64,000 nt of DNA from positions 48,114,001 through 48,178,000 of the forward strand of contig CM097885.1 of the NCBI GenBank assembly GCA_044892525.1, given 5' to 3'. Shown piece after piece: positions 51,632-64,000 of the stretch; the first letter of the stretch is position 1; each line of letters starts with the position of its first letter. Made by a program: the position numbers and the translations under genes. The DNA is from Schmidtea polychroa. Taxonomy: Eukaryota. A model generated the notes under the pieces. It was given only the letters and a program-made list of their open reading frames with translations, was not told where the DNA came from and did no database searches.

Positions 51632-53043
51632 CGGACCTCTTTCGGATTCGCTTTCGAATTCATTTGTACTTTCGAGCAGCACGCTTAAAACGCCGTTGAA
51701 ATCGACTTCGTGAGCGAGAAGCGAATAATAAGGCGTGCTGCTATTATCGGATTGATTCTGATGTATGAGTCTGGCCAGCTTGTATATTGGAAGAGATTTG
51801 ATAAACGAAAGAGGTTGAAATAAAAAAAAAATGATCCGGATCAAAAAAACTGTTGAGAGGACAGTGAAAAAAAAAAAAAAAATACCACTGTCCTCTCAGA
51901 GCAGTTTTACTATTTTCATAAAATTTTTTATTCTTCAAGACATCAAGATTAAAATTTCATTTATTTTTTTTAATTAGCCAATTAGCAACTTGCTAGTTGG
52001 CATCCTCAAGTAGCCTTCTAACTTTTTCATAATACCATTTTCTTTTCTATTCTCTTTATGTTTTTAGTTTGAAGCTTTTGAGTTTGAGGCTTTAAAGATT
52101 GAAACAGTTAGAGTCATTAAGGGTGGTTGTTTTCAAAATATAGGGTTAAAATACTATAAAAGTATAAGTTTTAGGTTGTTTTTCTAATAGCTTAAGTGAT
52201 TTGGAGGCATGTTTTGTTGGGAGGGCTGTTTTGGTTGGGTATATAACCACACTACTCTAAATATATAACATGAAAATTAAGTTTTTACTATTATTTTTAA
52301 TTATTATTTATTGAATTCGTTGTTTTCTGCCTGGAAATACTAACAGATTATTTTTTAATTCAAAGAATCTTCATTATAAATTTAAAAAATTAAATGAAGG
52401 AATTTAATTTAGAATACATAAAATTATAAAATTATAATATTATATAAAATTATACTATATTTATTATTAAATTTACAATACATAATATTATATAAAATTA
52501 TATTATATAATAATATTAATGTTTAAATATGTTTAAATAACTAAATTTAAATTATTTAAATATACTTCTGATATAACTTTATTTCTTTCGTTTTAGTATC
52601 CATATTTTTCAAGTAAGTAAATAAAGAATTTACTACAATATTTTAATTATTTTACTTAGTAATGAAGAAAATATATGATTATGAAGAAGATGAACTAGTC
52701 AAAATGGTGAAACACCAAAGGAGTTATTTTCTGGATTTAGAGATTTCTTATTAAAACACGAATTATTGGATTATGAGGAAGATGAACCAGACAAAATGGT
52801 GAAACACTAAAGGAAGTTATGTGTTATAGAGATTTCTTAAATGAATTAACTGATTGTGGGTGTCCTTCAACATGAATGTTTACTTTTCAGACTTAAATTA
52901 TGTAAACTTTCTTTAGGCGAATGTCAAGAAAAATGGGAAAAACCGATGTTTTAGCAATTAGACATTGTAAAGTACTCGTCATACCTGAAGTTCAAAGAAT
53001 ATGAAGGATTTTCTAAATATTAATGTAAGACATGAATTAATTC

Positions 53044-53047
<4 letters not shown>

Positions 53048-53125
<78 letters not shown>
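53048..53125. repeat. (TA)n microsatellite
   Basis: Direct reading. Confidence 0.98.
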
Positions 53126-53131
<6 letters not shown>

Positions 53132-54231
53132 CATATTTAGGTATCTGTGTTTTATGGCGTGAATTGATAAGAAATGATATAGAAAAACTAAAGTATACCA
53201 TAAATAATAGTTGCCTAATAGTCAGGAAGAATTTAATTTATCAAGCATGTGACGATAAATTGTTAGATAACATCTGTAAGTTAATTGCTTTTAAATCAAT
53301 ACAAAATTTAGCAATGAGAGTTGACGCCGCATCAGAAACTAAGCAAAGAAATACGTCCAATTTGCAAGATGTATTCCATGAAATCACTATCAAATGGCTC
53401 GATGGAGATAATAATTTTGAGATAGATTACCAACAAATTCCAAAAGAGCGAGAAACCCTTTGTAAATTAAATATAATAGGGTTGGGTGGGTCCCCTTTAT
53501 CCCTTAATTAATATGTATTTACAAGCTGATCGTCGTGGTTGGCGGTTGTAATCCAACTAGTGGGAGGCCTTTGTAAATATATATTGTTGTTAGTGAAAAC
53601 ATTAATTAATTTGGTTATAGTGCCAATGACGCATGTATTTTGTAATGTATTTTTATACGTTTCGAATGTGATGGTAGTTGACATGCTAGGCGTAATGTTC
53701 CGTACGGAAAACTAAAATGCCCAGGTTCTTCTGACTCCACTTGGGGAAGGCACAGACGACCCTTGTGGACGTGAACAAATATCCACCGTGTCTTTCAGAC
53801 ACAGATATTTGGTCACTGCTCATTAGGCCTGGCAATAATAAATGCATAAACTTTGCCTTGTCCTCTCTTGTCTTGATTTTTATCGTTTAAATATTATTAA
53901 AAATAGTATGTGTGATAAGTTTTATTTACTAACCTTTATATGCTTGAAAACCCTTGTGAAATGTTGAATGTGACCAGTACCCTTGCTAGCAATACCCATA
54001 GGGGGACAGAATATCTTGTCGGATAAACTCTGACTATATAATCACATATTAAGAATATATACTCATGTTAAACAAGGTATGTGTATATAGAATGTGTGTA
54101 AAATTGTAAATTATAGCTCCTTATTGACAATTTCCTGTAAAAGCAAACACAGAATATTGCAAACATATAATAATTCTCTACCCTATAACTTAGTGTGTAA
54201 AAATTATTTTAGGTTTTTGATTAATATTTGC

Positions 54232-54263
<32 letters not shown>

Positions 54264-54264
54264 A

Positions 54265-54315
<51 letters not shown>

Positions 54316-54316
54316 T
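54232..54316. repeat. (AAT)n microsatellite
   Basis: Direct reading. Confidence 0.97.
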
Positions 54317-54394
54317 GGTAGAGGATAGACCTTTCGAATGATACCCTTGCTTGAAACTCTGGACTTATTTGACCTTTGGAAATTAAAAATATAA

Positions 54395-54690
54395 TGACTC
54401 ATATGTCTTTGTTTAAATTGATGAGTCATATGTCTTTGTTCCTTAAATGTCTTTGTCAGGTAAAAGTTCTTTATTTAAATTGAGTCATATGTCTTTGTTC
54501 AAATATTTGACCTTAAACTGGCCTAAATCGCATTTGACCTTAAACTGGCCTAAATCGCATTTGACCTTAAATTTTGACCTTAAAATGACCTAAAATCGAC
54601 TTTGACTTCAGGATTTGAACTTAAAATGGCCTAAAATCGTCTTTGACCTTAAAATTTGACCTCAATTTGACCTTACTATGACCTTAAAAA
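54395..54690. repeat. Degenerate minisatellite (gagtcatatgtctttgt and tttgaccttaaa units)
   Basis: Repeated tgacctt/tggccta motifs with ~11-27 bp spacing. Confidence 0.8.
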
Positions 54691-55539
54691 ATTAAAAAAA
54701 AAATTTTACCCCCTCTCTTGGGGCAGTTATGACGTAATTTCCTTTGTTCCCGGGTCTATATGTTATCCTACTCTCTTGTATAACGGTTTACCATATGGAG
54801 TAAGTTGTATGACGTCTGTTTTCTGGTAAAACTGATTTGCTGTGTCGCGAAACGATGGAAGTCTAAAAAGTGTGTCACAAGCATGAAAAGTTTGGAAAGC
54901 ACTGCCTTAGGTAAATCAAACCAAATAATTCCAGCACAGGACTTTATGTGGATGGGGCTGAATTTTGAAAATTGATTTCATTCTTTTATTTTTTCTCAGA
55001 TTGAAATTTCTTTAGATATTAATAATACGCACAAATTTAAGATATTATTTTATGTATTTAAATTTATTTAAAATAACACACAATTACTTGAAAATTTTAT
55101 AAGTACAGAAAATATGACGAGAAAAATGTTGGAAATTACTAATTAATACAAATGACTAAGAACCCATCTATTTTCCTAGTGACTTCGAATCGGTTAATCA
55201 TGAAATTGCGGCTATGAGAATTTTGGCTTATGCTATCTAATAGCAGACAACATTAGCTTATTGAGATAGGGAGGGCGCTGCAAACATTATATTTTAATAT
55301 GAGCGACACGAATAAAACTGTTTAATGGTAATGGCAAACAGTTTGAATGCAGCTGTAGCAGCAGTTTATGATTAAATAACCATAACTTATATAAAATCTT
55401 GTATATAACTTGTATAAATCTCGATTGTTTTGGGAGGCCTTCAACCTTTTTAGGAAAAATTGTTTAAACAAATAGAGAAATAAGTTAGATTATCAAATGT
55501 TTATATTTCAAATCAATTTACATAGAAAAAAAAAGATAC

Positions 55540-55880
55540 ACATCGTATCTTTGCGCTGCTGTTTTGATTTCCAAATTATGCCAGAAATGCAAATATCCAA
55601 GTTCTTCTAATCTATTGTATCTCCTCAAGCAGTCGGTAAAAATCAAGATTCCTGTCTTGATATTATTAGTCATAAAAGACATGTACTCATTTCTACTTCT
55701 TTTACTAACTAATTTAAGTCTACATTGATTCGAATCACGATCAATTGCCCCAATTACTCAATACCTTTCTCAACGTAAAATTCTTCCCCGATTATGCCTT
55801 TTAATAACTAGATGCATTTCATCAATCTCGATTACAATTCCATCTTCTCCGCCAAATTTCTCTTCCAGCCATGTAAAGTC
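55540..55880 (-). pseudogene. Merlin (IS1595/ISXO2-like) transposase fragment
   Basis: KFGGEDGIVIEIDE..KRHNRGR..VIGAIDR..IKTG..IFTDC..Y..L...GY.H. Confidence 0.75.
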
Positions 55881-55949
55881 AGCAGTAAATAACTTATTTT
55901 TGATATATTAGTAAATTATGTGTTACCAAATTTAGTATTAATATTAGTT

Positions 55950-55986
55950 TAATAATAATAATAATAATAACAACAACAACAACAAC

Positions 55987-56029
<43 letters not shown>
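55950..56029. repeat. (AAT)n/(AAC)n microsatellite
   Basis: Direct reading. Confidence 0.95.
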
Positions 56030-56039
56030 GTATTTAATA

Positions 56040-57990
56040 ATGTATTTATTAAAAAACTTGACTATGAATCAGTAAAGATATCGATGTTTTTTGATATTCA
56101 TGAATTTTCGGTATTGCCTTTTTCATGTCATTTTGATCATTATTAATTTTGAAACTATGGGAAAAAATAAATTTACTTTGTATTTTATTATTTAATTTAT
56201 TGGTTAATTATAATTTTCATTTTTAATTGCATTTTAAATGATATTAAGATTTTAGATATTTCTTATAATATTTATTGTTTTATTTTGTAATTTCAATTTC
56301 AACAAGTTTTATTTTAAATAAATGTTCCTGAAATTTAATTTAGTTGAATGTTGATGGAAAGTTTATGTTTTTGGATAAAAAGAGTTTCTACGGCCAATCT
56401 TTGTAATATATTTTTGATCACATCTTGTAATATTTTGCATTTTGTTTCGTGTACGATTGGTGCTGATTTGTGTACCTTTTTCCAGTATTTGTGATAATTA
56501 CTGGTTTTGTTTTTTGTGTGTTCATTTAGTTTTGTTTGGAACGTTCTATGTGTTTCCCCTATGTACGTTGCGTCGCATCTTGTGCAAGTGATTTGATATA
56601 CAATGTTTTTTGAAAAGCAAAAACATTTGGTAGAGAAGTAGCATAGACAATCTCGATGAAACTGATCTGATGTTGGTAATTTTTGAAATTTCCGAAGTAT
56701 TGATTTTAAAGGTGCAGCGGTGGTAAAAGTTGGGCTAATATTGACTGGCAACTCTGTATTGCGAATGTAAGATCTGATTATATTACATGTCTTATTGTTT
56801 AAGAAAGGAAAGCGTAGGTATAGTACTGGTTTGTTGACATGTTCCTTTTGTGTATTGTGCCTATTGTATTTATATTCATTTAAAAAGTATTTTTCTTCGA
56901 ACTCATTTGGGTATCCAATTTGCAAAAAATGTGTTTTGAAGTTTTCAAGGGTTTTTTGTTTTTTTCTTTATGGCAGTACAGTTCGTTATTGCTCTTTTTC
57001 TTTCTCCTACTAATAGATCAATTTTTCGTTAAAGTAGAACGTGGCTTTCCCAAGGAAGAATTTGGCCACTGTGTAGAGTTTTAGTAATTAAATCTGTGTT
57101 GAAAGTGAATGTGTCTGGACCTTCAGAGGAACTTATCACATTATCTAAAAAAGAATTTTGCCTTCTGAGTTAGGTAGTTCAAGAGTGAACTGTATATTAA
57201 TGTTAGTGGAGTTGGCATGTGATAAGATTACGTTGAGAGGTTCTATGACGACTTTGAGAATGCCACCAATATATCTTTTACACATCAGGATTTTTTCTCC
57301 ATAAAATAATCTAATATTGAATTTTATATGATTCATGTATAAAATGGTTAAAATTGGCGAAATGTTGTTACCCATGGCTAAACCATGAATTTGTTTAATT
57401 TCCTTTAATTAACACAGTATCTGAGTATTTAGCTAGTTTGATCATTTCTATAAAGCTTGGTTCAGATAAGCATGCAAAAACTGTTTCCGGTTTGAAAGTT
57501 TCGAAGAAAAAATGCTACAACTGTAAAGACGTTGCTTTCACCAGTGAGATGGATGGGCCCATAAAGATTTGAAATGTCAAGAAATCCCCAGGAGTATTGC
57601 TGCTCTAATGATGGGGACAGAGATAGGTTTGAATTTTCTGCAACAATTTGATTTGTGTTTTTAAGATGAAAGGGTACAAGATTTAGAAGATTTTTAATTA
57701 AGTATTTCAGCAAGAATTTTTGAAAGAGTTGTGGATGGAGTGTCAACAGTAGGAACTTTTTGGAATAATTAAAGAAAATTATAGGGCCACTAGACCACGA
57801 CCAAAATCTTCGACTGATGTTAATGCAGAAGTTGTGTTTTCTTGAGTTAGGCATTTTAAGGCACCATTTCATTTTATTAAATACATTTTAATATATTATT
57901 CAATTTTTTAACAAATTTTATAGTAATTAGATATTAATAAAAAAGTTTTATATTTCTGGATAAAATTTTTTTATATTTTGGAATAACATT
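56040..57990 (-). mobile_element. Penelope-like retroelement (RT plus GIY-YIG endonuclease), degenerate
   Basis: FLDISNLY, GLAMGNNISPIL..LYM, RYIGGI (degenerate YxDD), NIQFTLE, KNIVYQITCTRCDATYIGETHRTFQTKLNEH; 3' pLTR with aataaa near 56045-56130. Confidence 0.88.
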
Positions 57991-57999
57991 AAAATATTA

Positions 58000-58000
58000 A

Positions 58001-58079
<79 letters not shown>
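58000..58079. repeat. (ATT)n microsatellite
   Basis: Direct reading. Confidence 0.97.
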
Positions 58080-61000
58080 TTAGATTCATAGCAAATTTAT
58101 TAACAATAAAATTTTCTGTTTGTGACAGCTTCAATACATGGATTTTTATTTAATTTGTTTTAATTTATCCATTCAATAAGACTAAAATCGATTTTCAGAA
58201 AACATTGGAATATAAATGCCATGACGATTAATAAGTATATATATTCGAATACTTAAGAAATCAAACAAAAATGGCAATCATTGTTTGAGATCAACAATAT
58301 TAATTCTAAATTAGTAATCAAAAGATATTTTTCGAAATTAAATAATAACCTTCATCAGTTTATAATATAATGTTGTATTAACAAAGTATTTGTATCGAAT
58401 TTTCCTAAAAAAGATATCAAACCGAACTATTTTCGTAATTGAATTGAGGGATTTTTCCCCGTGCAGTATATGTGTACTGAGATTCGTAATCGTTAGAGAA
58501 GGAATATTTTTCTTTATATCTAATAATATTCGAAATAATGAACTTGATAATTCGAATATACAAGAAATGCTGCAATGCTGTTCAACCAATCAAAATAAAG
58601 TTTACGTGTTCGATTCATTTCAACCTGTCACTAATTGCTGCTGCACTATTCGGTTTGTACAAATCTAATTTGTCTATTATTTATCTCTAATGGATGATAA
58701 TTAATTCGTCTTCGATATTAAAATTGCAGCTTAAGGTATGTTTTGATTTTTATTTTCATTGTTTTTGTTTTTTTTATATATGATTAACATAGTTTTAAGA
58801 ACCAAAACAATACTTAAATTGTTATTAAATTTTATACTTGTTTAACATTAAAATATGATTACTATATTTAAACAGTATACAGTCCAGTGTAAAGTTTATA
58901 AATTGGTATATTGAAATTTAATTTAGTTTTATTAAGAATGTAATATATCTTGGTTTAAATTTAATGAAACTTTTAAAATCAATATTCTATAAATAGTAAT
59001 CTAATTATGATAGAAAATATTTTATTAGAATTTATTGAATTCATGTAACGAATATTAAATTGTGAATGATTTTAAAACTTGTTAATTAATAAAATTTCAA
59101 TTAATACTTAACTTATATAATTAAACATTCGAATTAAAATATTAATATTTTTAAAAAGACGTAACTCTATTTGTAAATTAAATTTAGCATAGTTAAACAA
59201 ATTGTTCAGCTATTGAAGATGTTATAAGTATAAATCATTGTCTATTTTCATTTATTATTTATGAATATTTTATTTAAATATTTAAGTTTTTATTTATTTA
59301 AGTTTAATGTAGCTTAATTCCGATTTTAGTGGTTGGGAAATTTTAGAATCATTTATATTTTAATTCATATTTAAATTCATTAATATATAAAATATCAATA
59401 ATTTTTTATTCAACTAAAGTAATAATGAAAAAAATTTTTCAATTAAAAATAAATTTATTAGAATGACCTTGATCTAAAGTGTCCGGACAAATTTCACTCT
59501 ACCCTTGTCTTTTTATGAATGTTTTCTACTTGAATATATAACTATGTATAATGAATTAATCTTTGCAATTATATTACTTTTATTAATGTTAACATTTTTA
59601 TAATCTATGCATTTTATTATGTTTTTTTGCTATGTAATGTTATATTTATATATAGAAATATATTTTATAAATATTACAATAACTTCAACCAACTCTTTTT
59701 AATTTTTAATGTTTTCTAACATTATCTTTATACACTTTATGTTTTTTAATATATATTTCGCTTCCATTGTCAATTTTTTCGTAAATTTCTTAAAATTTAA
59801 AAATCTATATCTATTTTAAAAAGTTCAGAAAATTATTTAATTTCCGCATTTATTAAATAATATTATGACATTTCATAGCATTTACCCATTGACTGTATTT
59901 GTTCTGTGTTCTCTGTCTTAAAAATGGAATGCCTAAAAGTATGTGAAGACACAATGAAAAATATAATAAACATGTAACAAATGTTTAACAGTTATATTAA
60001 AATTTGCCACATACAAAATCCTTTTTAAGACAACAATTTGATTTAAAATTTTAAAGGGAAAATATTGAAAATATTAAAGGGAAATCGAAATAAACAGTTA
60101 AACATAACAACAAATTATTTTATATTAATTATTATTCAAAATAATTCAACTTTTAATATTTTTATTAACAAAATGTTTTATATATTATTATTGGCGACTG
60201 CAATGGGTCAGTTTTTTATTTGATGAAAAGATGTAGATGAAAAATCTGCAGAATTTAATCATTTATTTTAGAGAATCATGGCTAATTAAATTACACAAAA
60301 CTGTATATGTTACTAATGCTTAAATGTTAGCTTTAATGAGTATAGTCAAAAATCACATTCAAAAGTTTCAAGATAGAAGAATTAAGATTTAATAGTTTAT
60401 AATATGTAGCTAGAGTACCAAAATCTTTCAGCGTCCAGGCAACCAAACAACCAATATCTTTTGATAATTCTAGTCTTTTAAAAAAGTGATTCAGTTGCAC
60501 ATTCCCTTAACATCTTTAGAATTTTTAGACTAATATTCTTCACTATAATATCCACTATCAATATTAATTTTAAAAGAAGAAATTGTATGTGTTGGTTTTG
60601 GAGGATTTTCTTTCTTTTTATCATAGTGATTTGCCTCCTATCGTCATGACATTGGAATTGAAAACGGTAGCATCTTTCCAATTAACTACATAGACAAATT
60701 AGGAGAACATTTCCTGCAAACTGTAAGAGGTGCAAAATGTTTATCTTGATTTCCAATTTTTAATTTTAAATACCAATTCAACTGACTTTAAATTAAAGGT
60801 GTTACTGTACGTCTTTAACCACAAAATTATAGTCCTGGCATTTATAACAGAAGTAATTTAGATTATTCAAACACTTTCGCATGGCCATTAAAATTGATTC
60901 ATAAGCAGTAAAATATATAAAAAATTTTAAATATTTTGAAAACAATATACAGCAAAAGTTTAAAATACTATACAATTAGAAAAATATGGCACTCTTACCA

Positions 61001-61135
61001 TTGTTTGAAATGTTGTGAATTTGAATTATGAATAAAATACGAGGTATGTGCAATTCAGTTAAACCAAAATAATAACTATTGGGTTTAAGATAACATTTTT
61101 ACATGTTATCTATGTTTGTTTAAAATATATGATTA

Positions 61136-62400
61136 CAGAAGACCCTGGCCTTACGACCACCCGATCTACGACTGCCCGGTTTTACGACCTCGTTTTCTGG
61201 GCCAATCACGACCATGACTCACAATTACGACTAGCCTAGCCACGCATTCCCCCAGCCTACAATAGTTAGGCCATAACTTCAATGAAAGTATAATGACAAA
61301 TTTTGTAACAAAATACTAGACATTCATGTTTTCAATCACAATACTACCGAATATTATTAAGTATTTTGTTTATTTTTAATATTTATTAATAAGTGAATAA
61401 TATCTAGTGAATAATATTTAAAATACAAACAATATTTCTTTCATATAAAAAATTTAAACTACAATTTTATTTAATTAAATTTGGTACAATTGCGTATTTG
61501 AGTACAAAAGATACTTTTCGTGTGATTGAGAAGGGCAGTATTCAATGGGGTCATCGTCGATTGCAACTAAAATCTTCTATCACCTATGTATTATCAACCT
61601 CCATTGATTAGCTGGTACATACAGGTTGAACACCCCCAAGAATAGCTGGAGTCTTCTTAAAATAACAATCTAATGTTTTTTGAACTGATGGATTTTTTCA
61701 TAATATATTTGTCTGTAGCAAGTGTAAGCTTCCTTTATTAATAAATTGACCTTCGAACTACGTTGAAAATCCGGGTCATCATTTTCAAAAATCTTCATGC
61801 CCAATTCCAAGCCCTGGAAAGCCTCGAGAAGTCTTTTCGTGGTCATTGTGGGGTGTAGGGGTTGGGTAGCAGCAACATCAGTCTCGTTTATTTCTTCCAA
61901 CCTCATTTGATCTTCCATTTCAAGAAGATCTTCAACTGATAACTCTTGTTGATGAGATTCTAATAATTCCTTAATATCATCCGCAGAAACATCAAGCTCT
62001 AATCTAGCGGCCATTGTAATCACTGCCTCAATGGGATCTTCAAATCCTTCGAAATCTTCTGCCCTCTCATCATTTTCAAATCCCTGAAAATTTTTAAACA
62101 ATTCAGGGCACAGTTTTTTCCAAACTTCTTTCAGATTTGATTTTTTAACTTCATTCCAGCTATCTCTAATGATTTTTACAGCTTGTAAAATATCAAAAGA
62201 CTTCCAAAATTCATTTAGTGTTGGTCCATCTTCTCTGTCCACAGCTTTCAAAAGTTTAGGAAATGTCCGTCGAAGTTAGTAGGCTTTGAACGATGCAATT
62301 ACTCCCTGTTCCATAGGCTGCAACAAGGCTGTTGCGTTTGGAGGCAAAAAGACAATTTTTACAATTGCTGGATTTTTACGTGCTGTACAAACTGAATTCG
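61136..62400 (-). mobile_element. Tigger/pogo-like DNA transposon, 3' part with degenerate DDE transposase
   Basis: VFLPPNATALLQPMEQGVIASFKAY, FWKSFDILQAV..SWNEV..WKKLCP, DIKELLESH..ELS.EDL; TA|cagaagaccctggccttacg TIR at 61136. Confidence 0.85.
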
Positions 62401-64000
62401 TAATAAAAGGAAACAACTCCTGAAATGATATATGATAGTAGTTAAAAATTAATATTAAACAAGAATGTGATAAAAAAAATAGTCTATGCATTATCAGATC
62501 AAAGTGTGTAAAAAGAAGCTTATTTTATTTAGTGGCTGGGTCCTGATATAAGACAAAATTATTAATTCAATAGTTATTATAAATGACATGATAAAACAAA
62601 AGAAACAATTCAAAGGAAACTTCTAGTTTTTATAAAAAGGCAAATAACATAAATCCCATCGTGGCAATGCAACACCACATATAGTATGAAAAATCGGTTA
62701 AAAAAACTACGCGTTTTGGGTTATTAAATTGTTCTTCATTTGACAAGCTCACGTAATAATGTACCTTCATATTATCACATATTTTAATTACTGCAAAAAC
62801 TTTTAATTAGGAATAATTATTTGAACTCAAAAAATGGCCAGATAGAAAACATCAATTATCATGAACCAAAGACAATTCTTTCTCCTGCAAAATAATAAAC
62901 GAGACGCCTAATATATTGCAGACAATTTAGTCTAACCCTGCAAAAATATTTATAAATATATCAATTTAAACAAAAACATAATTAAAATATCTAAATAAAT
63001 TTCGTTTATTCTTATTTTCTTATTCTTATTTATTTTCGTTTATTCTTAAATCTCAAGATTAACAAGATACATAACAGATTTCAAAATTCAATTATATATG
63101 TATTTATAACTAATATATATTATATAATTTAATATATTATATATGATTTAATATTATTTTTAAAAATATTTCTGTTTATTTAACACATTTTTTAAATGAA
63201 AATTTTTCGAAGAGGCTTGAAAAGTCTATGCCAAAATTACGTGTTTAATAAACGAAAATTTTGAAGTATGGTTTTAAAAGAAACGAATGTAAAGATGACA
63301 TCCAATAAATACAAGTAATACAAATTCTAAAATATAAATCTTTAAATGCTTTAAATTTTTGAATATTATAAAATTTAAAATAAATAAATAATAAATTTAA
63401 AAAAAATAGTTTTATATTTATAAAAAATATTTTTATCAATGCCTTTTCAATAATCTCTTATCTGCTATAAATAATTATTATTAAATTCGACAGTTACTAA
63501 ATTTTGGACAAAATGTAATAAAAAAGATATAATCACAGAATATTAATACATTGTTTGCGGGAAACGATTCGACAAAACACGGTTTTTATAAATAAGCAAA
63601 GGAAAATGGGAAGCGTGTGAAAACGGGTATTTGGCGAAGTAAAAATTTGTACTATGCTGCTGCCAAAACAAAATTCGCCTGCTTTTCGACATGGATTTGC
63701 GAAGACCATCCGTAAACAATGTATTAAATAATGATACATTTAATTTCAACACATGATTTAATTTACCCATTTCATAAGAATATATTTTAAAAATTATTGA
63801 GTTTATAAAATAATTGAAAATAAAATAAAATTATATTTGTAATGAGAGAGGTGCAAGACTGGTCAAGTAGAGAAGTGACAATGCGAAAAAATAATATGAG
63901 TAGAAAGACTCAAGAAGGTGCATCAGTATATGGGAAAAGCACAAAAAAGGTGAATTGAGGAAAATCGATAAAAGATTCATAAATTCGAATTAAAGTCTAG

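Larger units (their letters stand above)
38653..52256. mobile_element. Maverick/Polinton (adintovirus-like) endogenous dsDNA virus-transposon, probably defective
   Basis: AGTAGT...ACTACT termini, long TIRs, and the hallmark set of pPolB, integrase, ATPase, protease, major and minor capsid; no 6 bp TSD match (cccgat vs ctaaat). Confidence 0.95.
51279..52256. repeat. Maverick right terminal inverted repeat
   Basis: Reverse complement of the left TIR; ends in cacactact. Confidence 0.9.

Noticed and set aside
53164..53511. 115 aa ORF after (TA)n
   Set aside because: No recognisable domain; cannot be supported as a gene
63533..63770. Overlapping short ORFs near the window end
   Set aside because: No recognisable motif or splice structure in any frame

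Overview
Very AT-rich eukaryotic DNA with 42-53 nt mini-introns and long (AAT)n tracts, consistent with a planarian-type flatworm (inference only). There are two host genes: the 3' half of an EGFR/ErbB-family receptor tyrosine kinase (10 exons, 2877-20747, +) and CCDC130/YJU2B (24643-25771, +). Most other identifiable sequence is mobile DNA. The main element is a ~13.6 kb Maverick/Polinton (adintovirus-like) endogenous virus at 38653-52256. It carries pPolB, major and minor capsid, adenain protease, packaging ATPase, integrase fused to a PLA2 domain, an adenovirus pX-like ORF, a fibre-like ORF and a GasderminX-like ORF. Its terminal inverted repeats hold outward-facing tRNA-like Pol III units (A box, B box, T-run) that recall adenovirus VA RNAs. 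Also present: two copies of a Ty3/gypsy element with AGT..ACT LTRs, Penelope-like elements tied to (AAT)n tracts, hAT, piggyBac, Merlin, Tigger and MULE remnants, and a repeated hairpin leader fused to captured fragments of different host genes (PSMA6, CstF-77). All family assignments come from motif recognition, not database searches.
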